Source of the DNA: Ophelia neglecta
Lineage: Eukaryota
Length of the DNA: 64,000 nucleotides
Direction: 5' to 3'
Assembly: GCA_965285935.1 (NCBI GenBank)
Contig: OZ260663.1
Coordinates: 19,902,001 to 19,966,000, forward strand
This document shows positions 29,654 to 42,900 of the stretch, piece after piece. The position numbers were made by a program, and so were the translations under genes. Numbering within the stretch: position 1 is the stretch's first letter; each line of letters opens with the position of its first letter. The notes below the pieces were generated by a model. The model saw only the letters and a list, made by a program, of their open reading frames with translations, was not told where the DNA came from and made no database searches.

Positions 29654-30263
29654 TTTGTAAACTGCACAATGCTCTTGATAATAACTCATTCACGGTGAAA
29701 AGCTCAAATCTTTGCAGTGGAGCTTTTTTTTCTGTTCAGAAGTTTAAGACAAATCAAGGACAAATCGCAGAGTATAGCAGTTGATACCAAACTAAACTAC
29801 CAGAACTATTGTTCTAAAAAATTGTGTTAAAAGATTAAGCTCGTTTTCACTACACTAGAAGCTGCTTTTCTCGTTTACGCTAATCCATATTCCAACACGA
29901 GGCCTTTGTTGTCACATTAGAGATGTTTTCTACGGGATAGACAGTGACAATTAGTGTTTAGCCTTCGATCCCCGTACGCATAACCAGTACATATATATCC
30001 CTCAATCTATTTTCGATAACAGAACGGATATATATCGAACTGTATTCGACGATGTACCGGTGTTTTTACTGTTCGATAGCACTAGTATACAGAATGTCCT
30101 AATACACCATTGGCATTCCTAGAATCTCGATCAGTGCGGCAGGGAGAAGAAGACAAACTAAGCCCGCCCACCTTTAGAAGATAACCATCCGAGTGAGCGC
30201 GCGGGACGCCCTAGCCACCCTCCGCGGGCGTTATATGTATAGTACGTATCAGTCTTGTCTGTA

Positions 30264-30311
30264 GCGCTAGATCAATGTTATAATGAACTGACAGCGCCTT
30301 GTCACCTGACG
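30264..30311. promoter_or_regulatory. Conserved non-coding element upstream of exon copy 2
   Basis: 41/48 identity to 9167-9214, 611 bp upstream of the ATG. Confidence 0.65.
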
Positions 30312-32399
30312 CCCAGATCGAGCGCCGACAAAGCAGCTTTAAACCTGTATCGCTTACCATGATAAGAACGAGATTTATTGCAAATTTGCGCTTCCACCAT
30401 GACGGTTGGTAAGGTAGCCATAGGTATTGTGTGGGCACTAAATGCAATGCAAATCGCAATCGATTTTCGGCACATGTTCAATGAGCATCTATGTAATTAA
30501 AACAAACACAAGTACGTTATAATAAAAAAAAACAGAATGAGGATACATTAGGACTAAATAATACCATTACTTAATGTGTCTGTTGCTAGTTTTTGTTACC
30601 ATTATCGACTATATTAAACTACAATACATGTATAAGCTTTCAAACTCATAGTATTATATAGCACTATCAGCGTTTGTAGCAAGCAAAGGTACACAGACAG
30701 GTAGTTCTTACAAAAAGTTTAAAGAATACATATTACGTCATTTCGTCCCATAACTCTCTGAAATATTACTTAGTCGCGAGTAGATTCTCATAAATGGCAG
30801 TCCATATATATTCTTACCTTTCAATGTACAAATCCGCAATTGAAGTTTATTTTTTCCAAAGCAGAAAAAAAAAAAATTGACAAAGACAAATAGTACATGT
30901 TTCAATAATCTTTTTGGCATTTGGTCGTGGAAATCTTAATAGTAGCTTCAACTCGTACCTTACAAATATGGACAACTTGAAATTTGCGGCCATTATGCCA
31001 AATCAAACATGATTTAATTAATTAAATAAGAATAACGCTCTGAAATACGGTTTTGCCCATTATCATAACAGGAAGGACTACACTGATCATTCAAGTTCAA
31101 ACTGCCGAAAAGCCTTGAGGCGTACCTATGGATATTAGACCCACATCAGCCATTACAAAATACGCTTAGATCCTACAAGTTCCCATCTGAGAGATTATGA
31201 GCGGAAAATGACATGGACAAATAGATAGAGCCTGGTTTGAAGCACATTGCAGTATTAAACGGATATGGTAGGATCCCCAGTGTGAACAGAGATGGCTCGG
31301 GTCTAAATCCTTTACAATTATCTGAATCTGATAGAGAATGAGGGCTGGCCCTGCAAGGTCTATTTCGCGAATCGACCGGTTGGAAGAGTGCAGCCTTGTG
31401 GCAATATTGATGCTTCCAATATGAGATTTCATCCCTCGGGACCAAGCTAGTTTGTGGCTGCAGTGGGACTGACAGCCTTAATGTCGTTCACTATATCATC
31501 ACAGTCCGATCCGACAAATACGAAATTTTGACAAACACCAAATATAAGTTAACTGTGCTTTGTTGAGACCATGAAAACACCATTTATTTTCACTGCTTTT
31601 TTACAAACTATTTTTCTGAAAAGTGTGTATTTCCATTTTACTACCAACATAAAACATGTGAGCCAAGGTATCTTTGTTTTCCCCAGGGACTGGTAGAGCG
31701 TAAATGTTTCGACCTTTCAAGCCTATCAATGTTTAATGCTCCATCCAAGGCTTTGGTGGGGATTTATAGCTACATGTTAAATGTGATTTTAATTCACTTA
31801 ACGGTTCCACTGTGCCTTGGGGACTCCATTTCCCACCCATGTAATATATAAGGGTCGCTCTCTAGAGAACTCCAAAAATATTCTTCTATAGAAAAAATAA
31901 ATAAATAATAGCCTGCCTCTGGTAGGTCCTGTTATACAGACCCTTGCATGATGCACCAGAAGATAAATCAGTAAATGACGTCATGTATTCGTCCTTTTAA
32001 TTAGAAATACGGTTTTGCCCATTATCATAACATTTTTTCTATAGAAGAATATTATGAACAAACATACCCCAGTGACTAAAGGAAGACGCAATGCCTTGTG
32101 CGAAAAATTAGAAACGCGGGAGGATCCATATTTCTAATCTGAATTGTTTCATTTCAAGTATGATGTTATATAAATTGATCGCAAACTTAAGCCAAAATAA
32201 GACTGAAACGAAAACCATGTATAACCTCCTCATTGTCTATGACTAACGAGACTTTTATATTCTACAGATCTGAAATAATATGCAGTTAACAACAACAGAA
32301 AATGACGAAGCGTACAATTCATGTATGCATCTCCTTAAAATGTGGATATACCTGAGGAATACAACAAGAATGCATGACCAGTTCCACATGAGTTATGTC

Positions 32400-32402
<3 letters not shown>

Positions 32403-32439
<37 letters not shown>
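32403..32439. repeat. (AT)n microsatellite
   Basis: About 18 perfect AT units. Confidence 0.95.
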
Positions 32440-32441
<2 letters not shown>

Positions 32442-33647
32442 ATTATGGTTTCATACTTTAGAAACCGTTAAATCTGGAACTTTTCGAAATGCTTATATAA
32501 GACAGTGATCCTTCACTTGCAGCTGAAGGGTCTCGTTGCCACTAAATTGGTAAGCAGCTACATTAGAGGTCAATTGTAATTACAGGGATTCCATCTGCTT
32601 CGACCCCTATCGTTTGTTGCTCACGCCCGAGTGGCTGAGCGCAGATTGCCGGCAACCAAGGGGGGTTGATATTAATATATTATGAATATTATAATATAAT
32701 GTGACCCTTTCATTCATTCGGATTATAAAGTACCTTGTCGCCGGATCTATCTTCCCTCTGTTATATATAGGGCATCGTATTGGTAATATTTTCTGGCTCA
32801 AATGCATCTAAGAGGAAAGGCAGTCTGAAAATTCGCGTTGTCAAAACAACTACAGGGGCTCCTAGGATGATATATAGTTCAAAGCATAGCTTTTTCTAAC
32901 AAGAAATAACCATGTCGGTCCGTGACAAACTTGACCTCAGATAGCAAGGGCATTGCCATACACCGTCAACAGCAAACATAAATCAAAGTAATTGCCCCAT
33001 AAGCATTCAGTGTTATACCCTCGAAACACTCACATTGGTGTATGATGATGTAAGGTGAAAGCCTACATTAAGAGTAATTGTGATTAGGATAATATACCGT
33101 TTTTTGAAACGCTGGAGTAAAGTTGCGCCTCCGTGGTTATTGCTTTGGTCAATTCCCCTACGTAATCGGGTTTTACATGGATTGCATTGCCATTGCAGTG
33201 AAACATTGGATACATGCACTGTATTTAGAAATTAGCTTGGTGTTATATTGGTGCCGGTAAATTCACCTGGAGGTTTAAACACCGTGACAATAGATCAGAT
33301 GACATCATCTAGACAATGTTCAATTTTTCACATTTCAAGTTTTTTTGGTAACGACACTCCAATGGTTCACACCTGCTGGTATGTCCCAACAAATTTATCA
33401 AGTACAGTGGACACGTTGTACTTGTCTTCCTAATCGAGCGTTTCTTTACGCGCACATTGCAGTGCTAATATATTTGGCAGAGTTTCTAAGGTTGACATGA
33501 AAGGATCGTGTCCTAATCTACTCCAATTACCTAGCTCCGATAACCCAGTGTTCATGTGTAGCCCGATGTAGCAATACATCATTAAGATTGCAATCCGGCG
33601 GCAATGATATTTTCTAAGTGGGCATGTATTCCTAATGGTACATATAC

Positions 33648-33747
33648 TAAACGCTGTCTTGTCTCGTTTTACGCAGTGGATGTATTATAGCTCTGCTGGC
33701 GAACTGAGTGTTCGTTAACGAAGTGCCATGTCTCTCATTTTGCCTTA
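33648..33747 (-). repeat. 100-bp repeat, right arm of the inverted pair with 28324-28423
   Basis: Reverse complement of 28324-28423 with 3 mismatches. Confidence 0.9.
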
Positions 33748-36700
33748 TTTACAGAATAAATAATGGAAAACCACCAAAGGGAATATATTGAATATGCATT
33801 CCTTCGTGCATTTGTCAGGGCAATTCCTATTTTGTTTCGAAACACTTCCGCATGAGTTGAATTAATTACCCCCCCCCCCCCAAGAAAACAAACCATAGCC
33901 GCGTTTCTAGCAAAATAGGTTGTAGATTTAGTAATGTATTCACTTTAAATATGTTTGTCACAATCCAAGCACACCTTAACAATTGTAGGATGGTTTAGCC
34001 AAAATCTTACGGTCGGCTTTCCTTCTGCTTACTTTAATAGCAATCTATTAATACCAGATTCATCGCCAAGAGACTGTTGGCATTCGTACCGAAAAGGAGA
34101 TGGATGAATGGAAAATATACAATAGGTCACCTTGTTTGACGACTGCTGATTTTGCTGTAGAGTTGCCCGGATTGATATGCCACTAACGAGGCTAATACAC
34201 TTTATGATGAAAGGGCTCTAATTATACTCCTGAAAGCTGTTCAAATGCTATGCAAATTGGGTTCACGTTTTATATATACATACGCAATAAGCGTAATAAT
34301 ATTTGTGAAGGGTCACACACACCAGCTTTTCGGCATCCTGCAAGTTCACATCATTGAAAATCATTGATTGCTTCCTATTGCTAGTAATAATCAATTATTT
34401 ATTTATTCAGTTACAATTATATTTATATTTTTGCAGCTGCTGGTTGCAGGTTGCCAGGTATTCAGTCCCGTTTTGTGTGTTAAGACATGATATTAGAGAC
34501 CCTCATAAATCTGACACTATTCTCATTATTCAGTGTAGATGCAATGATTTACGCCACAGATATTTCCAAAGTTCCAAGATCAGCCAGTCTCTTGGACCCA
34601 CATCCGTGGCCAATTGGGACCGATGAATTATACCTCTTTTGTGTTTGGCAACCTATTTCCTTAATTTCACTCGACCCACAAGCGATGACAATATTGGCAA
34701 GCGACGCTCTTCTTAGCTAGCATTATTGGTATTACCACGGGGACTAAAAGGACTTGCACTAAAAGCCAATGTTCGTAGACTGAAGTAGCAATAACAAGAT
34801 TGTATCTACTGTGAAAACATCGAGCATGTTTGCTAAAGAAATTGTCAGGGAACTAGTAGTGCATTTGTTGATTATATTGGACCCAATCGTGAGTATATTA
34901 ATGCACATCACTTACTAAGCTGTCTAAATCAAATTACATCTGTATTTCTCAATAAACAAACCAATACATTTTACTTCTTGTCCCATCCTTCAGGGCGCAT
35001 TGTCATTTTAAATAATAGACCAAACTAGTTTTCACTATTTTTCATTTATGAGAGGCCAAGAAGAGCCTGTATGTCAAAATGCACATTTTCGGGCACTATT
35101 TAGACTTTTAAGGGCTACGATACTGTCGCTTATAACCTTCAATAACCTCATCAAGTCACATTCAAATTATCAGGGTGCATTTGTATAATTCAATTAAGTA
35201 TTTAGAGCTTTGATGTGACAGCCGCCAGGGGGGCAAAGGCTAGTTTATGGGTCTCATTATGCTCAACGGACAAAGCTCGGTAGCCAGCAAGGAATATCCT
35301 CATGTTGAGACCTTTTCTCAGAGTTGGAGAAGGCATTGATTAATGTGTCGGCTGCAGGTGGCTAAGCAACAAGCCTACACATTATATGTGCAATTTGAAC
35401 TGTAATGCAGACATGATCATTGATCTATAGCCAAATTGTGCCAGCTCAAAGACTCCACAGAGTCTAATATTTAGTGAACACGTTGAAGGGGTTCGATTTT
35501 CATCTTACTTACTTAGGCCTTATTCCAAAGCAGGTACTAAGGCGCATTTATTGATATATTTATGGCTATTTCTTTGAGTGTTCATCTAGGACTTAGATGA
35601 AACTGTTGATACGGCTCTTGAGTACCTATTCCCGTTCCAATCTGGCCGTCCTTGCCACACTTTAAGACTCTCTGCAATAGTCTTCGGGTTATCCACGTTC
35701 ATTGACAATAAGCCGACTTAAGATTAGAAAAAAGAAATGTACGTTTGGAGCTTTGTTTTTACGGCCATTATCTGCTTAGACATTACAAAGCATCTGGCTC
35801 GTGCTGATAATGCAAATTGAGAGTGAAAAAAGGAAAGACAAGATGGCATGATTCAGCCAATGATGTAATGGATAAGAGAAATTAATCGACAACACGACAA
35901 ACAAGAATACCAATAACAATAACAGTGGTCGGAAGTAAGTGCGCAATCTACAATTTAATAATAGAATTAACAATGCTTAATTTCGGCGTCATTTGTTAGA
36001 TGCAAAACTGAGAAAATATTATTCGAATATAGATTTCCAGCTAAACACTGAACGGAAACCCGGTAGACTAGGAAATAATTAAAAATGAACAGTGGCTTCT
36101 AAAAGTCCACATAAATTCTGAATTCCTCATGAAGCATTAGCTGTAAACCCACAAACACAAATCTCCAGCACATTTTATGAATATGTATACTACTTTAAGA
36201 TCATGGGCGACCTTTCAATGATCGAAAGGCAAGTTGGTCCTTCACAATTCATTCAAAATTTGTTTTAAAGCTTTATACATGGAATTACGACCATAGTGAC
36301 TGCATAATAAGTAAGTGTTAAATGTAGTTTGACAATTGCCCTTAAAATAGCTACAGATACAAGCATTATTTAACGAAGGATGTCTCAGTTGCCTAAGAAG
36401 ATGCGCGCACTGCAGCACACTTTGTCCTTGTAAAACAAACGATTGCTCATCGGAGGCAGATGGCAAAATTCAACCAGACAAATAGGTTATTTTGGTATCC
36501 GCTGGGTGCTTGTGTTTTGGAGATAAGTGTGCGTTATCTTGAATGTGCTCCTGACGGGCACGTTTTACCTTGCAAACTTTGTCCCCGACAAATAGACGTT
36601 GAACAACTAATTCGGGCATTTTGCTAAATTGATTTGTTGTATTTACTCTTTAATTGGTCATATGTAAAATGGATTTTAAATAACAGCCGTTATTCCCTTT

Positions 36701-39700
36701 AATAATTAGATATGATAAAAGTATCAAAGTAATTCAAATTAGATTGGAATATAACCAGTCAGAAGATACTTCATGTAACTCTTAACTAAAGCATTCTTTC
36801 TTGAAATAAAGTAGTCGTACTACTACTGATACAGTAATATTGAAAATGTGTGGCTTTGGGGTTTTCAAACTGAAATAATAAATAAAAAGGAATGACGGCA
36901 TAAATATCACCACATATTGCTCTTTTGAAAAGGTTAGATATATTTCTTGAAAATAGCCATCGTTAGCCTTTTCACTAGTCTCTGCCTAAAGCCTTAGATT
37001 ACGTTTACAAACCTGTTTAACCATGGTTTTTTAAAAGTCAGAGCTGGATAAGCTTGAAAATCCTTTAAATTGGCTTATTTCCAAAGCTAATTGTCTTCCT
37101 CAAGCACATGAGTTACATAGTAACCCTGTGTATTTCTACTTTAAATCCGTATCGTTCGCTGCCGTCACCTCCATCAGCTAAGGTGTTATTTTCAAAATCC
37201 ATGAGCTACCGCCCTAGGGTCTCAGACGAGCTATTGTGGCGAATTGTCGGAAAAGAATCTGGGTACTTAAATTTCTGGTAGGTGTGGTTATCAGGCAATT
37301 GGAACCATTTGAACCACCTTAAAAACAAGGAAGGAGGGGGCGGTGAAAATTTTAAAAGAAGATTATATATGTTTAAGCAATGCACCTGACACAAATGGTA
37401 GACCAATGGGCCAAAATTCCCATAACATCCATCTTTCACAAATTTAAAAATAATCAAAACCCTTTGAACCAATTAGATGATTACACTAAATGGACTATGT
37501 AAGTAAACCGACATTTTAGGACATTTGATTAGTTGTATCTTTGCTAAAGAGTTCTCTGGTTATGCGTTTGCCTTAAAAAATGTATCTGCTGAACAGTCTA
37601 GGAAATAATTTTTATTGTAGACAACACTAAAATCTTAACAAAATATGTATATATGAAATATTTCCATGAAACATAGACTTGCACTTAATCTCGATACATA
37701 TCGTTTCATCATTTCCTTTCCTTAGAAATGCTTATATTGTATAATGCTTCAATTGTACCAAAGTACCGTTTTGAACTACCTTCGCCCTTATGATTGATCT
37801 ATACCTTTTTTATGTATCTGTTAATCTGAAGTTACAAGTTTATGATGTGATTTCTTACCATTCTAACGATATCATCTTTGTTGACGAGTTTATTTAAAGT
37901 AACAATTACCGCAATGTGGCAAGTATTCTATTTCTTAAATGATTCATTTTTCAGTTAGGAGCAAGCAACAATATGTACTCAAATTACTTTTTTTTATAAT
38001 CAATCCGCGATGCACTCTCATATAAAGGCGTATCTATAGATGATATTGTCTCTATAAACACAATGCACTCAATATATGCTGTTAACCTTGGTATCCAAAC
38101 CAGACACGCTCTTATTGTGATAAACGCATCCATATCCTAAATACGATGATACGTAAATTGCCCTGTAATCTACGGTGTTTGAACAAACTCAAAGGCATTG
38201 CAGTATTTTATTGTAAATGTGCTATCACAATAACAATGCGCAGGTACCCTAATTGAATCCTGTATAGTATCACGCAGGTTAAATATTTTATCGCTGTGGT
38301 TCCGAATTATCTTTCTTAATTATTCTGCGTAACCCACAACGATACATCGACAATATGGACGCCGGTCGTTTCCCGTTGAAATCACATCAGTAGCGGGGGA
38401 TAGGCGCAAAAAACCACTGCCAAAATCATGCTCCTTGTGACGATACATGGAACTTGTCACATATTGGCCCGGAACATTTTCACAATAGGGCCAGGCTAAA
38501 AAATGGCTTGGAGGGGCCTTGTAGCAAAAAGAAATACCCGCCATGTTTAGTCTATTTAACCAATATCTTAGTCGTTGAGGTACATAGAAACTGATTTCGG
38601 TGCGTACTTCATTGCTGTCATGGCAAAGGATTTCAAATATTATTATCAAATATTAAGAAGCCGCCATTTAAACACAACAGCAAAAAAAGCTAGGATCATG
38701 CACTTTGAGCATGAATCATGGCAGAAATATGCCCTTCAAAAGTGTACTGGACGTTCCAAAGCTGGGAATAAGTATGTCTGACAAAGAGTCTGATCGAAAA
38801 ACAGTCCTGGAGTGACCAATACGGCTGTTTTTTTCTGGCCACACGCTGTATCCAGGATTAAGGAGTTAAACAATGACACTCAAGAACTGTCAGACATACT
38901 GGAAAACAAGATGCCTTCCATTTTCAATTGTATTTCTATTGTGTCGTATGCGCTTGGGTCACCTTGATTTCGAAACCCTAATCTCAAACGGTTTGCCATT
39001 CAAACGTATAAATATCAATATTTGGTGTACAGATATAAACACCACTCGCATCATTTCCAGTGCCTGCAACAACAAAATTGATTCACGGACGAACAGCTTT
39101 ATATGGTAGTCATCTTGTTTCTCTATGTTAGTACTTGGCAGTGGCCATTCAAAGTGTAGTCAATGCAATGTGAAATGCCTTAAGTGAAAATAGCTTAAAG
39201 TGATAGCCACTCGACTTCAATAATGTAACCAGTTTATGATTATCATTTTGTGTGCCACAACATTTTACAATACAGGTGAACATGAGCACACCTTCCGCAT
39301 AGGCAGTACTGTTTATCGGGAACAAACAAATAGGACAAATGGGATTGAAAATGACGGCTATCTTGAATTTCAATATCTGACATTTTGATATATTGATATT
39401 TGAATTCCTATGTCCTTGAACCAGAGAAGTAGTCACCAAAACCAACCGTTTAGGTCACAGGAATAGGATAAAATATATTGAAAATGGTGGTCACTCTTCA
39501 CCCTAGTTTGCATGTGTGACAAGTTTCATCATTTCTTCACAAAGTGCATATTTTTTGCCTTATTTCCCTCACTTAATAGAACATCACTTGATGCGGATAT
39601 TACAAGACATAACAAACGGTGTGCTAATATCTGTTAACAAAACGTAGGTACAAGCCATCGACAAACCGCATGAAACTCATTTCCAATGAGTATAGCAGCA

Positions 39701-39784
39701 TCTGACCAAAACCCCTTTGTTTTTGCATATGCTTGCTCAAATGATGGTACAACATGTCCCCTGGCACATGGAGCTGCTTATTTA

Positions 39785-39990
39785 TTTCATTCCTGAGCCA
39801 TCTCTAATCCACCCGGGTAGCGGAAGTATACATGTAACAGCCAGTTAGCTACAAAGAAGGCTTTTCTTCGTCTACTCGCTTTAGAGTGGCTCAGTAAAGT
39901 TAAGGTCCTTGCCAAAGAAACCGCGCTTCCAACTGCCTAGGTCGAGAGGTGAATCCTGGATCTTTCGTCTTGAACCACTCGTCTGCCGCT
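39785..39990 (-). mobile_element. Possible decayed SINE fragment
   Basis: GTTAAGGTCCTTGCCAAAG resembles the reverse-strand CORE/Meta-type SINE segment and is followed by a degenerate B-box-like stretch. Boundaries are approximate. Confidence 0.25.
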
Positions 39991-42900
39991 TCTCATAAGT
40001 GAGCATCACCTCACCAGGCTCTCAGTGGTTATGCGGGATTGCTTTATTCTTCTTCAGAATTTTCTAACCAGAGAAAATATATGACAGCATTTCTTAGATA
40101 TTGTGGTCTCGTTGTTGGTCGTCTAATTTTCAGCGTGAACGACAGTACTGATTTCAGCCGATCAATACCTATGGGTCAGCTGGTACTCAGTAGACAGTTT
40201 ATGAAAGGTTATGCCAACGCTCAGATATATCGATTATAGATATAATATTAACAAGCTCTAGTTGTTTTTGAAGTAGCGTCAATCAAAATGGTATACCGAC
40301 AGGGCCGGTTGCGATATGACTGATAAGTGTTGAAAGCCACGTAAACCCTAAACAACCAAACACCCAACAGGGCGGTGAGCAAATAGCTAGCTTTGTTATA
40401 AAGAGGCTATCATTATAACGATGGCAAGAAGGTTTGCTGCTGAAATATCTAGAAATTAAACGTATGTTTAAGAGCTGTTTTAGAGAGCTGGGTTTCCTAA
40501 TATTTCGCCAGTAATCTCCAGGAATGTTTGGTTCATTATTAATGATCTTGATTGAAATATTAACACACGAAATAATCAAATAGTGTCGACCTACGGGTCG
40601 AGATACGGGTCCTTTGGATATTGCTTCTTCAATAAAACTAGTTTTATCCATAAGAATCGGTGACTTCTTCAACTCCAGACATAGTGAAACTGAGATTCCT
40701 CCAAAGCAATCTGCTGTAGCTTACAATGCTTGGGATAAATCGTTTCTCGGTGATTTTTTTTCGAAATCTTAAGCCCATCGTGAAAATGCTTCTTTGTACA
40801 TGTTCCGCAAGTTTCGTCATTCAGTTTACAAGTTTAATATCGAGATGAAAGACTATGATTCACTTCTATTTCGGAAGAATAATGAGCTTTTTATGACAAA
40901 CAAACACCTTAAACAAGACAATGTAAGTCAATGCTAATGTGCTGCTGATGGTTTAGTGCGGCCTTGTGGGATTTGATTCGCCAGATGGTCCGGGCGGGTA
41001 TTTAGGAGATATTCTTCTCAATGCAATTTCAGCAAATCACGCCTCCGTCAAATTAGCGTAACTAGCAAATAGATAGGGGACTTATAATCAGTACCAGGGA
41101 ATAACTTTGTCTAGTCCGGATTGTCGTTTCTGAATAATCAAATCTATCGTTGCCGTTTTTGAACACACTGAATTAGATGCATTTGCCGAACAAAGAAACC
41201 ACAATACCGGTTTTCCAATGACCAATATGCCCTGTTTTCATAGACAAGAGCAGTATTTATCGGGGGCAAAAAGTAGACTTGTTTGCCATAAAAATAAAGG
41301 CCAGCTAACCAAAGCAGTTTTTTTCCAGGGACAGACTGTCTAGACTCAAGGCTCCTGAGTGTTAAAACCATGCCGCCATTTTTAAGTCTATTAGAAAAAG
41401 TGTCCATAAGTGGTCTACACATGTAACTTATAAAAATTACTAAACATGACAGAAGCACTTAACTAAGCTACATATCCCACGTAATTGTCAGTAGGCTAAA
41501 GTGATCATGGCGATTTGCATTCACATCAATATAAAAACCAAACAGGCAATGATCATTATAGGTCATTTGATCGGCTGGTCGAAGAAAAGAATTAAACTGA
41601 ATCAGCGGTATATAGCCGCAGGATTTGCATGCTTTCCTTTAATTATATACACCTTTAGCTGTGCAGCAACGTTGAAGAATTGCTCTTTGGCATGACAAGA
41701 CAGGAAGAAACCCCATTTGGCAACGATGCATCAGTGCTGGATGCAAACAATGCACACCAGCAGTTAAATTAATATTTTTTAGGTCTACCAAAAATAGGAC
41801 AAGCCTCTCCCTTTTAAATGGTACCGAACACGACTCAATTTGCCTCTACTCTTATTATCAGGGACTATCTTACATGAAACAAGACACTGGTGATGTTCAT
41901 TATCTTTCTTTTAGACCAAGATGTTCGTTACAGTTCGTTTACACCATATGGTATACACTCTACTAGAAGACACTGTAAGAAAGTACAAACGCAGGTAAAA
42001 TAAACGGTACATACTTGTAGGTTTGCAGCTGATGATTGATGAATTCTGTTCTATTTTTATAGTGATTTATTACTATTAACTAAAATTTCCTTTTTTAAAT
42101 ATTGCAATCTTTCTTTTTTGAATGTGAGAAATATTGGTAAGCCTCTGTTGCCTTCAAAAGAACACAATCACCTGCGAATTATGATCATTCCTCTTTCCAT
42201 CTATTTTTGATATATCAAAGGGTACGTTTCCCCATTTTAAACAAAAGGACATGCCTTTAATTAGAAAAAAGCGGCAAATGCAGTACACTAATTGAATTAT
42301 AATGGATTATTGTTGTATCATATTTCTCTTTCTGCCTCTTCCATCTTTAATTCCACGTTAAAGAAAAGAAACCTGAAGGCCTGTGGCTGTATAGAACAAC
42401 TCCGAATTGGTCATATCACTATGATTATAAATTCAAGTACCACATGCGTGAAGCACACACTGAACACTACCAACTCGCACTAATTTAGAAATACACGGTG
42501 CAAATAGGAGGCGAATTGGCAGCGGATAAATCAAATTCACAAATCAAGCCTCGTTTACTGAACTGGTCCTAATTCATCAAGGCCTGTCAATGCTAGACAA
42601 ACACAACACTTATGATATTAGGTACAGTGTATGTATGTATTTTACGAAACATTGGTCATTTTGGATTGTGGTCCCTTCGGCAGCACCCTATAGCCAAAAA
42701 TTCTTGTAGAATTTATACATTTGAATGTTTCAGACTAAACTTACTTGAAAATAAAGTTCATACATTGGTGAAGTGTTAAATCAATTTATTTAATTTTGTT
42801 TGGAGGTTGCACAAGAAAATGGTGCCTGTCATTGAGGTGACCATGATCAATTATGAGTCCCAAGTATTTCTACTCCAACTGGCATGTTCCCTGAACAATT

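Noticed and set aside
40283-40720. Minus ORF with GIS...MDKTSFIEE...SRP resembling the start of AAA-ATPase-like proteins
   Set aside because: No Walker A (RRFGKS/T) follows and there is no further similarity; probably chance or an unidentifiable relic.
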